A stretch of 63,868 nt of DNA, filler included, from Reclinomonas americana ATCC 50394 (taxonomy: Eukaryota), in assembly GCA_048213135.1 (NCBI GenBank). It is 8 parts of 3 records of this genome, joined end to end, with 100 filler letters (N's around TTAATTAATTAA, not from the genome) between each part and the next. Parts side by side here need not be neighbours in the genome. Positions count along the whole stretch, not along the records: positions 9,082 to 14,526 come from PS015050.1; positions 14,627 to 42,017 come from PS015050.1; 6 more parts are not named here. One strand, 5' to 3'. This document shows positions 11,958-23,193 of the stretch, one piece after another; within the stretch, counting starts at the first letter, position 1; every line of letters begins with the position of its first letter. The notes beneath the pieces were generated by a model. The model saw only the letters and a list, made by a program, of their open reading frames with translations, was not told where the DNA came from and did no database searches. Position numbers and translations under genes: made by a program.

Positions 11958-14260
11958 GAGAGAGAGAGAGATAGAGAGAAGAATGGGAGACAGAAAGACA
12001 GAGAGACAGAGAAGAAAAAGCGAAGGGCGGAAGAAAAGGAGTGAAGGAATACGAGAATTGTGAGGTGGAATGAGAAAAATGTAATGATTTTGCCTTCCGC
12101 TTCATCCTTTTCCCATCCCTCCCAGCTTACCTCAAACATGGCACTTGCCCAGATCTCACCCACATTGTGAGGCTCGGAATTCGGTATGCCGTCGCTCGCC
12201 AAGGGGCCAACGGGCACTGGTGGAGTGAACAGGAAGGGCACGTTGTCGGAGATGTACTTGAACGTCAACGGGTTCTTGCTCTTGTCAACCGAATACGGAA
12301 GACGCCGGACGCCAAAGTACGCGTCGAGCACGACATAAGCGGCGATGGCATACGTTCCGTCCAGGTTGTCGCCCTCACGCAACACCTGGTGCAGGGCGAC
12401 AAAATCTGCGATGCCTTCCGACAAGGAGACACACTGTTTGCGGTAATTGCACTGCGCGAGGCGGAAATGGAGGTAGTGGCCCCACTCGTGACTGGTGCTC
12501 GTGTCCAGCGCACTGGCACGTGTCCTCGCTGGCTTCAACTCTCCAGTCACAGTTCCGTTGCTGCTGTTGAGAATGGCGAGCAGAGCGTTACCGTCGGTGT
12601 TGCCGATCGATACAGTCGGGATGTTCACAGACGGTGAAAATAATTCAAAAGGGATATCTATTGCGGGGTCGAATGTGTTGATAATCAGCACGCCGACGGC
12701 ACCCGCTTGCTCGGCTAGGGCGGCCTGGGTCTGCGGACTGCATATGTAACCAGCACTCTGAATTAGTGCAATGGATCCAGTCACATTCTCCGTCACGGCT
12801 GCGCACGCCGCGGGATCGATGGTCGCCGCCACAATCGGGGCAGACACCTTCGCTCGTGTGCGTGTGCGTGTGCGTGTGTGAGTGGCACATTGTGAACACA
12901 CGACGAGGGACATCCACGAACCGAATATACCACCGGGCTAAAATCCGCCGTGCGAGTTGGGTACGACACACCCGACGGTGTCACAAGCACACGTGGACCG
13001 GAATCGCCGGTGACACCGACGGTTGAAAGAAACGATTGCATGCGTGGGTGCATGCCATCAGACGGAGTCGACATGTTGGCGTTGTCCAAACCGCCGTAGT
13101 CCTGCGCTTCCGCCTTCATCGAATCACCGCCCACACCACCGCGTCCGTAGTTGTCGTCCTGCGCGTTACCGGCCGCCTCGTCGAACCCAGAGTCGTACCA
13201 GTAGTTGTGCAGGAAGTTGATGGTGTAAAACAACTGCGTAACCTCGGCCATGGTCTGGCTCTGCGACGCCAGCGCATCTTTCGTCTCGTCGTAGACGTAG
13301 TCGAAGGTGTTTGGTGAAGTGATGGTGGCACGCAAGTCGCCCGCACTGAATCCGTCGGGTACCGCCAAGTCGGCGTACGCGTCCACATTATTACCGCGCG
13401 TCTCTGTGGCACCCGATGGCAGCCACGGGTCGTTAAACTTGTTGAACGAGTCCATCGAAACAAGCGACGGTGGCACGAAAGCCGGGAACAGGCCGTCGGG
13501 CATGCCAGTGGGGTGTGGCGTCCAATCCTCTGTTGGGCCGTCGGCCGGCAGTTTGTCGCCGTCGGTGCGCGCCCACACGCGGTAGTTGAAGGTCTCACTG
13601 GCAGTGAGGTTGGCCGACTCGAGCACGTGCCACGAGTCGCTGGCGATGACGAAGCGGAAGACGGAGGGTGATGCGGTGGTGGAGGAGGTAGCGTCAAACT
13701 CGACAAAGAAGGCCGGGAGGAGGGTGCCGGAGGGGGCGGGGAAGAATGCCTGCTCATAAGGGAAAGGGAGGGTGAGCGATCCGGAGAGTACAAGGTAAGG
13801 GGAGAGGGGAGAGGGGAGAGGGGAGAGGGGAGAGGGGAGAGGAGAGAGGGGAGAAAACAGTGAAGGGCGGAACCAGGGGAGAGGGAGAGGGCGAGAAACG
13901 AGATGAGCAAACGGGAGAGTGCAGACATGATGGGAGCTTGTGGCTTGCACAGCGATAAGAGAGGAAAGAGGAGAGAAAATGAAGGAATAGGATGAGGAAT
14001 GAGGAACGAGGTGATGACAGAAAAAGTCAGGGCAAAGTGAACGAGAAAGCTGGTACGAAGGAGAACGACGACGGAGAGCATCGGCAGAGTAACAAGGATG
14101 ATCTCCTTCAGCTTCATGCACAGTGCGCTGAGCAAAGGATACGCGGAGAGGAGAGAAGGGCGCAGAAGGGAATGAGAGAAAGAGTGTGCCCACGTGAGCG
14201 AGAAAGCATGTCAAGAGACAACAGTGAAATGCTGATCCACCTAGCGCCAAGCGCAGAGAC

Positions 14261-14292
<32 letters not shown>

Positions 14293-15854
14293 GAGACGTA
14301 TGGAGACGAGAGAGATAAGAGTGACAAAGACAGAGAGAGAGAGAGAGGGAAATTGAAAGTGGAGAAAGTGAGCAGCAAGGCGAGAGAACAGTGGATTGGT
14401 GAGGCACGGCTGAGAGAATGAGTGAGCGAGGGGAATGCGTGCGTGTATGGGAGGGAGGGAGAGCTCGAGAGAGATGAGTACTTCCCCCTTGAAGGTGGAT
14501 GGCACACACACCTTCCTCACACGACTNNNNNNNNNNNNNNNNNNNNNNNNNNNNNNNNNNNNNNNNNNNNTTAATTAATTAANNNNNNNNNNNNNNNNNN
14601 NNNNNNNNNNNNNNNNNNNNNNNNNNGCCGTGCGGACTGCGGACAGACACCGACGCGCCCTCACTCGTGTACAGCCACACATCGCTGTGCAAACCGTGGC
14701 GCGTGAACTCCTCCACGCGCACATCGTCCACACCGACGGTATTGTCGGCGCCGAAATGAGCATGCAGCGCTGCAACCAGCGCCAGCTTGTACTGTACGAC
14801 GTCGGCGGGCACCGCGAAGGCGCCATCGACAGACGAGGAGGCGACGTGGTGCTCGGAGGAGGGCGTGAAGGAGGCAACGTCAACCAGCGATCCAGTGGCC
14901 GACAGCAACTCGAACGAGGTCGGGTGGAGCAACATACGAACTTCGCTGTTCAACACCTCGACACCGTGGACAGACTGGCGGACGTGCGCAGCTGCGACGC
15001 GTCCACCGTGCAGTGATGTAACCACACGAGCCACATGCAGAGAGACGGAGGCGGACTCGGCTGCGAGCGGGGGAAGGCACAGAGTGAGCACACATCGAAC
15101 AGAATTCAATTTGCAAGAGCTGCGCAAGCTCGGAAAAACTGTGTGTGCAATGATTCGAAGGAACCAAGCAAGACCACACGCACGATGGCATCACACGAGT
15201 TGCCGACATGGGCGAGTGGGTGGTCAAGGAAGAGCGACGTAGAGAGCGCAGAGGGAATCGGTGTGCGTTAACGTTAAAACATGCAAGCTGACACGAACAT
15301 GGCCACCGACACGCAGCGCTGCGCAACGCGCGTGCGGATCCGGAGGTACACTAAACACAGAGAGACGTTTCTGCCTCCTCTTTCTCTCTGTATCACTCAC
15401 CAGCAGGAGTCGCGTGCACTCCAAAGCTGTGCTGACGGCGAGTGCGAGTCGAAGAAGTGGTGGCCACGGACATTTCCACTTGTACACCCACGAGACGACG
15501 CACGTGAATCAGCGCCGCATCCTCAACCGTGCGCACACTCGCTGGTAGCACGTCGTGGTGCGCCGACGAGGCAGAAGAGGAGCTCGAGTGAGTGGCGTGG
15601 AATGAGAGGTGAATGCGCGAGGAGGGCGCGCGGTTCCACTGTGCATCATTGTCAGCAGAAATACTTGAGTCGTGATAAACGCGCGTGTGTGTGTGTGTTT
15701 TCTGTGTGCGTGTTCGTTGCGTGTGCGCATCAAAACTGAAACGCACCGAGGGAGAGCTAGGGTCGCGCGAGAGGGCACTCGCAGTTAACACAGTGAGTGC
15801 GCCCACAACGAGAACCAGCGTCAGCATGGCGGAATGCCGGATATCGAAGCGCAT
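9749..15854 (-). CDS. Secreted M36 (fungalysin-family) zinc metallopeptidase: signal peptide, FTP/PepSY-like propeptide, catalytic domain with inserted PA domain, beta-rich C-terminal domains and Cys-rich EGF-like tail
   Basis: Hydrophobic N-terminus MLTLVLVVGALTVLTASA. Motifs TRGNNVDAYAD, QLFYTINFLHNYWYDSGFDEAAGNAQDDNYGRGG, AEAQDYGGLDNANMSTPSDG, HEWGH (12476-12490), SLSEGIADF, FGVRRLPYS and NSEPHNVGEIW. PA motif AEQAGAVGVLIIN. Several GT-AG introns. Confidence 0.92.
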
Positions 15855-16188
15855 CGCGATTCCGCTGCCCGCATCGCGATCGAGTGAGTGAGGCCGTGGG
15901 GGAGAGAGGAAGAGAAATGGAGAGAGAGAGAGAAAGAGAGGGAGAAAGCGAAAGAGGGTGTCAACTCACCAGATGCTGAAATGACGAAGTGGCGAAAAGC
16001 ACTTTTCGATTTTTCCGATGAGCGCTGCTTGATCGAGCAAGAAGACCGTGCCGATTCACTGCCAGTGCATGCCTAAGGTTTATTTGTCATCACAAACATG
16101 ATCGCTGCGCGTGTTGAAGCATCAGGGATCCGGATTTCGTCAACAACAGCCGCAGATATATACATTCACACCTTTGCTGTCACTCTCC

Positions 16189-16326
<138 letters not shown>

Positions 16327-16334
16327 GAGAAGCA

Positions 16335-16920
16335 CTCTGTTCATTCGGCGGAACATCTATATCAACTCTCTCGCGTGTGTGCGTGCGCCTCGCGGTGCTG
16401 TCTCTGTGTCTCAGTGCCCCTATCTCTCTGCATCCTCGTTATGGTGCTCTCTTCTCAACCTGCGCTGTGAGTGAGATGTTGCGGCGTTGAATGTGCATGC
16501 ATGACGCGCCTGTTCAACTCGACTCCGAGCCACGCATGTGAGTCGGGGTGGAGAGGCAACACCACACGATTCAGAAAGAGAGTAACGCGGCAGCGCAACT
16601 CGTGACTGTCCCAGTTGTCAAGGCGCACATGCAGAAACGAGTGTGCAGGGCAAGTGCACACCCTCTCCCCGTGGCGAGCGGGGGCGAGAAGGGTGGCCAT
16701 CTGAATCGATGCTTGTTGTGCTATCAATGGTCATGCGGTGCCCCTGTAAGAACGGAGGCGACAATGATGCCACTGGCCGCTGCTTCAAAAGCGACACGGG
16801 AGGTCTCCACATTGCGGTCGAATGACAAGGCGACGTGGAGGCGCAAGCACAAGGCGTGTGTGGACCGGTGAGCGCAGCGCGTGTCTGTTCATTCCTTGGT
16901 CTCACGTTTACCACCTACAC
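16335..16920 (+). repeat. Diverged ~590 bp direct repeat, copy 1
   Basis: Shares colinear blocks with 18506-19106, including tgtgagtgagatgttg, ctccgagccacgcatgtgagt and gtggccatctgaatcgatgcttg (16693-16715 identical to 18894-18916). Confidence 0.9.
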
Positions 16921-17098
16921 ACACCTCGCACTCGGGATACTCTTGTTACAATCCCACTGCATTACGCTGTGTCTGCTTTCTAGCTGCCTCCACTTGGCAA
17001 GGCTGTGCAGAAGCACGTTAGTACGTGAGCGATATGGCAGTCAACATGGCAGAGTTGCGCGCAGTGACAGTAATCGTTCTTTCGTATATTCATAGAGC

Positions 17099-18147
17099 TC
17101 ACTCCGTCCAACACCATCCAGGCGCACGGTGTGCAATCACCTCTGCGTCCTCCCGCACAAAACACCGCAGCACGACATCGACCAGGATCCAGTCGTGGTC
17201 CTCGTCGTCGTCGTCTTCGGCAAGCAGCTCGTTGACGGCCAACACGGCTGATCGTGCGGCCGCAAGCTCTTGCCGCGCCAGCCCGCGCGGCGTGGACCAC
17301 ACTCGGATCGTCTCGTCCTCACTGCCACTCACAATGTGCTGCCCGTCGGGTGTCACTGCCACTGCATACACATTTCTCGTGTGGCCTTCCAGTCGGCGCA
17401 ATTCTTGCCCACTCGCCAGCGACCACACCCGTACAGTCTTGTCAACACTGCCACTCACAATGTGTTCGTCATCGGGTGTTACAGCCACTGCACATACCCC
17501 ACTCGTGTGACCTTCCAGTCGCTGCACCTCCTCGCCACTTGCCACCGACCACACCCGTACAGTCTTGTCATAACTGCCACTCACAATGTGATGGCCACCG
17601 GCAGTCACAGCCACAGCACATACCCCGCCCGTGTGACCTTGCAGTCGACGCACCTCCTCACCACTTACCACCGACCACACTCGGACTGTCTTGTCATCAC
17701 TGCCGCTCACGACGTGCTGGCCATCGGGAGTGATCGTGACAGACCATATCTCGTCAGTATGTCCCTCCAGCAGTCGCACTTCTTCTCCACTCGCCAGCGA
17801 CCACAAGCGCACTGTCTTGTCATAGCCACCGCTGACAATGTGCTGACCATCTGGGGTAACGGTGACAGATGTCACCGTGTCGGTGTGTCCCACCAGCCGT
17901 CGCACCTCCCCCCCATTCGCCAGGGACCACACACGTACGGTACTGTCTCCACACCCACACACCATTTGCTTGCCATCGGGGGTGACAGCGATAGAGAACA
18001 CCATGTAAGTGTGCTCCTCCAGCCGTCGCACCTCGTCGCCACTTGCCAGTGACCACACTCGAACTGTGTTGTCCGCACACACACCGACAATGTGCTTGCC
18101 ATTGGGAGTGACGGCGACAGATCGCACTGTTGCGAAACTCTGAATGA
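17099..18147 (-). CDS. WD40-repeat exon with seven 42-aa repeats of high internal identity plus a short acidic/helical tail. The 5' end is not identified.
   Basis: Repeat consensus LEGHTxxVxAVAVTPDGQHIVSGSxDKTVRVWSLASGEEVRR with a 126-nt period and no introns. Putative acceptor cgcag just upstream of 18147. Confidence 0.9.
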
Positions 18148-18229
18148 TCTGCGTCGATCAACGCGGTGAGACGCACACGCACAGCAAAATTGGAAGACAC
18201 GCACACACACACACAAACAACAACACAAA

Positions 18230-18268
<39 letters not shown>

Positions 18269-18444
18269 CAACAACAACAACAAACGAACAACCGACACAC
18301 TACGACAACAACGTNNNNNNNNNNNNNNNNNNNNNNNNNNNNNNNNNNNNNNNNNNNNNNNNNNNNNNNNNNNNNNNNNNNNNNNNNNNNNNNNNNNNNN
18401 NNNGTGAGTGAGTGAGTGAGTGTGGTAGTGTGTGTGTGTGTGTG

Positions 18445-18490
<46 letters not shown>

Positions 18491-18505
18491 TGTGTGTGTG
18501 TGTGG

Positions 18506-19106
18506 CTCTGATTCATCCGACGGAACATCAACAACCTCTATCTCTCTCGCGTGTGTGTGTGTGCGCCTCGTGATGCTGTCTGTGTCTCGTAGCCTCCTGT
18601 CTCTGCGCATCCTCGTCGTGATGCTCTTCTTTCAAATTGCTATGTGAGTGAGATGTTGTGGCGTAGAATGCGTGCATGCATGCATGCATGCTGAGCCAGT
18701 TCCAACTCGACACGCTATGAGCATCAACCCCCTCCGAGCCACGCATGTGAGTTGGGGGCGGCGAGGCAACAGCACACGATGCGAAGGAGGCTCGAGGCGA
18801 CTCAGAACATGAGTTCTCAGAGCACGTATGCATATGCAAGCGCAGTGTGCAAGGCAAGGGCACACTCTCTCTCCCGTGGCGTGGGCGAGGAGAGTGGCCA
18901 TCTGAATCGATGCTTGATGCGCTCACCATGTTCATGCGATGCCAGTGTGAAAAGAAGTGGCGGACAGTGATGCTGCTTCACAAAGCAACCACGCCGCGTT
19001 CGAATGACAGGGCGACATGGGCAGATGTGGATTTGTGAGCGAGGACTCGCTGAACGGCAAGCAGCACGCGTGATCTGTCCGTTCCATGGCCTCAACTCAC
19101 CTACCC
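18506..19106 (+). repeat. Diverged ~590 bp direct repeat, copy 2
   Basis: See copy 1. Also preceded by a (GT)n tract. Confidence 0.9.
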
Positions 19107-19386
19107 ACGTGCACATGTACACACCAGAGATGTCACGGCCACCACCGGGGGCGACAGCAACTAGTTTACTGGCGTCGCCCAAAGATCATGAGTGTGCCCA
19201 CCCAACCGCCGCGTATCGTGAGTCGCTTCGTATTATGCATGCGCAACAATATCGTCGTCGTTCACCAACGAGCCAGTACGTTCAACAGGCACACAAAGCA
19301 CCTTTTCTGCCTGCGCGGCGGTCAAAGGACATCATATCATGTAATGCATTCACTCGTCACCTTGCGTTCGATCACACACAGAGGCC

Positions 19387-20086
19387 ATGCACACTGCGCT
19401 CTTGCTTGTGCTTGTGGCAGCATGCTGGTTGTGCACCCTGTTTGTTACCGCGGAGCCAATGCTTGAGCAGCGCAATGGTGTGTTCAGTGTCTTTTCAGCG
19501 CACTCCGTGTGTGCGTTATCCGTTCGAACTCTGCGTCTCCTTCGCTCTTTATCTCGAGCCTTTTCTCTCTCTCTCTCTCTCTCCCCCTTGTGTGTGCCAC
19601 ATCATTGCGCATACCTGCTTGGCGGTACCCGATTTGCTGACGTTCCACGCGCTGCGTGTGACGAGCGCGCGCGCGCGCGCGCAATGTCGCTTCATTGTAA
19701 AGCTTATCGCCTTCACACAGCCCGTCTCCTGCTGGTGCCCTCCTCGCCTACGTACACACCACCATCAACACGCGGTGAAGTAATTGGCGAGCTGCGAGCG
19801 GACACAGACCAACAAGATCATGTGCATGCCGGTTCTGCTGTTTTGCTCGCGGTGATCATCGACGACTGCGCCACCGTGGATGACGAGGAGGGCGGCGGCG
19901 GCACGGACTTGCACCTGTTCACCGTGCGCACAGGCCTTCACGGTCATGAGCTTATCATGGGCGAGAGTGGAGTGTCGGGGTCTCCGTTGATGGTCACTGT
20001 GAGCTGTACCGCGACCTTACTGCCAGTCGACAACAACAGCAACGACGCCCGTGATTCTGCGGCGTCACCGACCGGTCCTCGGACTG
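19387..20086 (+). CDS. 5' exons of a signal-peptide-bearing protein, possibly the N-terminus of the NHL/FN3 protein
   Basis: MHTALLLVLVAACWLCTLFVTAEP looks like a signal peptide. The open frame runs into the gap. Confidence 0.45.
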
Positions 20087-21274
20087 NNNNNNNNNNNNNN
20101 NNNNNNNNNNNNNNNNNNNNNNNNNNNNNNNNNNNNNNNNNNNNNNNNNNNNNNNNNNNNNNNNNNNNNNNNNNNNNNNNNNNNNNNNNNNNNNNNNNNN
20201 NNNNNNNNNNNNNNNNNNNNNNNNNNNNNNNNNNNNNNNNNNNNNNNNNNNNNNNNNNNNNNNNNNNNNNNNNNNNNNNNNNNNNNNNNNNNNNNNNNNN
20301 NNNNNNNNNNNNNNNNNNNNNNNNNNNNNNNNNNNNNNNNNNNNNNNNNNNNNNNNNNNNNNNNNNNNNNNNNNNNNNNNNNNNNNNNNNNNNNNNNNNN
20401 NNNNNNNNNNNNNNNNNNNNNNNNNNNNNNNNNNNNNNNNNNNNNNNNNNNNNNNNNNNNNNNNNNNNNNNNNNNNNNNNNNNNNNNNNNNNNNNNNNNN
20501 NNNNNNNNNNNNNNNNNNNNNNNNNNNNNNNNNNNNNNNNNNNNNNNNNNNNNNNNNNNNNNNNNNNNNNNNNNNNNNNNNNNNNNNNNNNNNNNNNNNN
20601 NNNNNNNNNNNNNNNNNNNNNNNNNNNNNNNNNNNNNNNNNNNNNNNNNNNNNNNNNNNNNNNNNNNNNNNNNNNNNNNNNNNNNNNNNNNNNNNNNNNN
20701 NNNNNNNNNNNNNNNNNNNNNNNNNNNNNNNNNNNNNNNNNNNNNNNNNNNNNNNNNNNNNNNNNNNNNNNNNNNNNNNNNNNNNNNNNNNNNNNNNNNN
20801 NNNNNNNNNNNNNNNNNNNNNNNNNNNNNNNNNNNNNNNNNNNNNNNNNNNNNNNNNNNNNNNNNNNNNNNNNNNNNNNNNNNNNNNNNNNNNNNNNNNN
20901 NNNNNNNNNNNNNNNNNNNNNNNNNNNNNNNNNNNNNNNNNNNNNNNNNNNNNNNNNNNNNNNNNNNNNNNNNNNNNNNNNNNNNNAGGAGAGAGAGAGA
21001 GAGAGGGAGGGAGGCAGAGAGGGAGGAGGGTGGGAGAAAGAGCAAGAGAAAGAGAGGGAGGGAGGGAGAGAGAACAATAGAGAGAGCAATAGAGAGAGAG
21101 AAAAAGAGGGAGGGAGAGAGCGGGAGATAGGGAGAGAGAATGAGAGAGAGAGACAGGACCAAATGCAGAGAGATATAGATACAACAAATGCAAACACACA
21201 CACACACGCACGCGCACACACTCTTTCGATTCAGTATAAGCGAGGCGCTTTCGTGTGGCCACATGTAGTACCCA

Positions 21275-22463
21275 CCGAATGGTGTGATTCAGCGTGTCGG
21301 CCACGTACACACACTCATGATTCGTATTGGGATCCGCGGCAAGACCCTGCGGCCCCCCAAACTGCGCGGCAACACTGGTCCCGCGTGGCCGGTCAGCAAT
21401 ACCTTGGCTGCCGTTGCCAGCCAACGTGGACACCGTGGTGCCGACAATCGAGCGAACGGCGTGGTTGGACTCCTGTAAGTGTGTGTGTGTGTGTGTGCGC
21501 GCGCGCAGTGAGACGAGGTTGTGCGGCGAGGCAGCGCAATCGCACGCAACTTCAGAGACATAGATGACTTGTGTGTATGGGTCAATGAAAATGTCGGTGG
21601 GGCTGAGAAAAAGGGGTCAGCAAATGACCCTCGACGTGGACGAGCGCGGCAACAGGAAACTCACTGCGAAAAGCGCGCATCGCTGGTGCCGTTGGCAAAG
21701 CCCGGCGTCGCAACAACGCCAGCAAAGACGCTCACAGTGCCAGAGAGAGTCACTGTGCGAATGACATGCGTGCTGCACGCCGATGAAAGGTAGGGTGAGT
21801 TGCGACACAAAACACAGCCGGCTCATAAAAAAAAAACATACGCACTCATACTCTGTGAAAAATGCATTGCCGGTGGCGTCCACCGCAACACCCTATGTGC
21901 AAACAGTGGCCAGTTGTGAGCGATCTCGCATCAGCACAAGGCAGTGCCTCTGTCCCAAATAGGCACACACCCACGGGGAGGAGCTCGCGGCCAGGGTGGA
22001 GACCGAAATCGCTCGGCCAATGGCACTGGACACACCAGAGATTTGAAAACCGAGACCGCCCACCGCGATGCCCGTACTCGACAAGACAGAGCCCTGCAGC
22101 GTGATGGTGGTGCTCGTCGTCGCTGAGGGAGCGAGGGTGGTGATGGTCGGAACACCTGCAACACGCGTTGTCAGAAAACTGCCAAGTATTCTCTCTGCGA
22201 CTCGGGCACGGTACCGACAGCAGAAGCACCTTCTCGACGGAGAGCGGCGAACTCGTCATAATTGGCCAAGCGCGCTTCGCATGCACATCGTCACGCGCAT
22301 CGTGATGGCCGGTGTCGCTGCCATCATTCACCTCCGTCGCACGAACACGCACCTGTTGCAAACACGACATGATGTACTCGTCCACTCCCGCTGCTGCTGA
22401 GGAAGGCGGCGGCGTCCACCACAACTCGCAGCCATTGGCGATGCGCAGGGAGGCAGTCGGCGC
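21275..22463 (-). CDS. NHL/FN3-like protein segment. The contig is probably inverted relative to the rest of the gene.
   Basis: VSTLAGNGSQGIADRPRGTSVAAQFGGPQGLAADP...VYVADTLNHTIR, VSVFAGVVATPGFANG and the FN3-like start GVPTITTLAPSATTSTTITLQGSV. Confidence 0.75.
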
Positions 22464-23193
22464 CTGGACGACAAGGGAAAACGAGTGTCGTGAGTGGCGA
22501 TTGACGTCGACAGCGCGGAGTNNNNNNNNNNNNNNNNNNNNNNNNNNNNNNNNNNNNNNNNNNNNNNNNNNNNNNNNNNNNNNNNNNNNNNNNNNNNNNN
22601 NNNNNNNNNNNNNNNNNNNNNNNNNNNNNNNNNNNNNNNNNNNNNNNNNNNNNNNNNNNNNNNNNNNNNNNNNNNNNNNNNNNNNNNNNNNNNNNNNNNN
22701 NNNNNNNNNNNNNNNNNNNNNNNNNNNNNNNNNNNNNNNNNNNNNNNNNNNNNNNNNNNNNNNNNNNNNNNNNNNNNNNNNNNNNNNNNNNNNNNNNNNN
22801 NNNNNNNNNNNNNNNNNNNNNNNNNNNNNNNNNNNNNNNNNNNNNNNNNNNNNNNNNNNNNNNNNNNNNNNNNNNNNNNNNNNNNNNNNNNNNNNNNNNN
22901 NNNNNNNNNNNNNNNNNNNNNNNNNNNNNNNNNNNNNNNNNNNNNNNNNNNNNNNNNNNNNNNNNNNNNNNNNNNNNNNNNNNNNNNNNNNNNNNNNNNN
23001 NNNNNNNNNNNNNNNNNNNNNNNNNNNNNNNNNNNNNNNNNNNNNNNNNNNNNNNNNNNNNNNNNNNNNNNNNNNNNNNNNNNNNNNNNNNNNNNNNNNN
23101 NNNNNNNNNNNNNNNNNNNNNNNNNNNNNNNNNNNNNNNNNNNNNNNNNNNNTCTCCTCGCGACGACGGTAGTACTCATCGTGTTCGCTGTCA

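Noticed and set aside
9749-15854. Bacterial contamination explaining the M36, NHL and WD40 genes
   Set aside because: M36 and the NHL gene carry host-style spliceosomal introns and microsatellites. The WD40 exon is contiguous with host-type repeats.
17290-18127. Regularly spaced repeats as a CRISPR array
   Set aside because: The 126-nt period is fully coding WD40 sequence, with no unique spacers and no cas genes.
16335-19106. LTR retrotransposon
   Set aside because: No gag/pol, primer-binding site, clear TG...CA ends or target-site duplication. Kept only as a direct-repeat finding.
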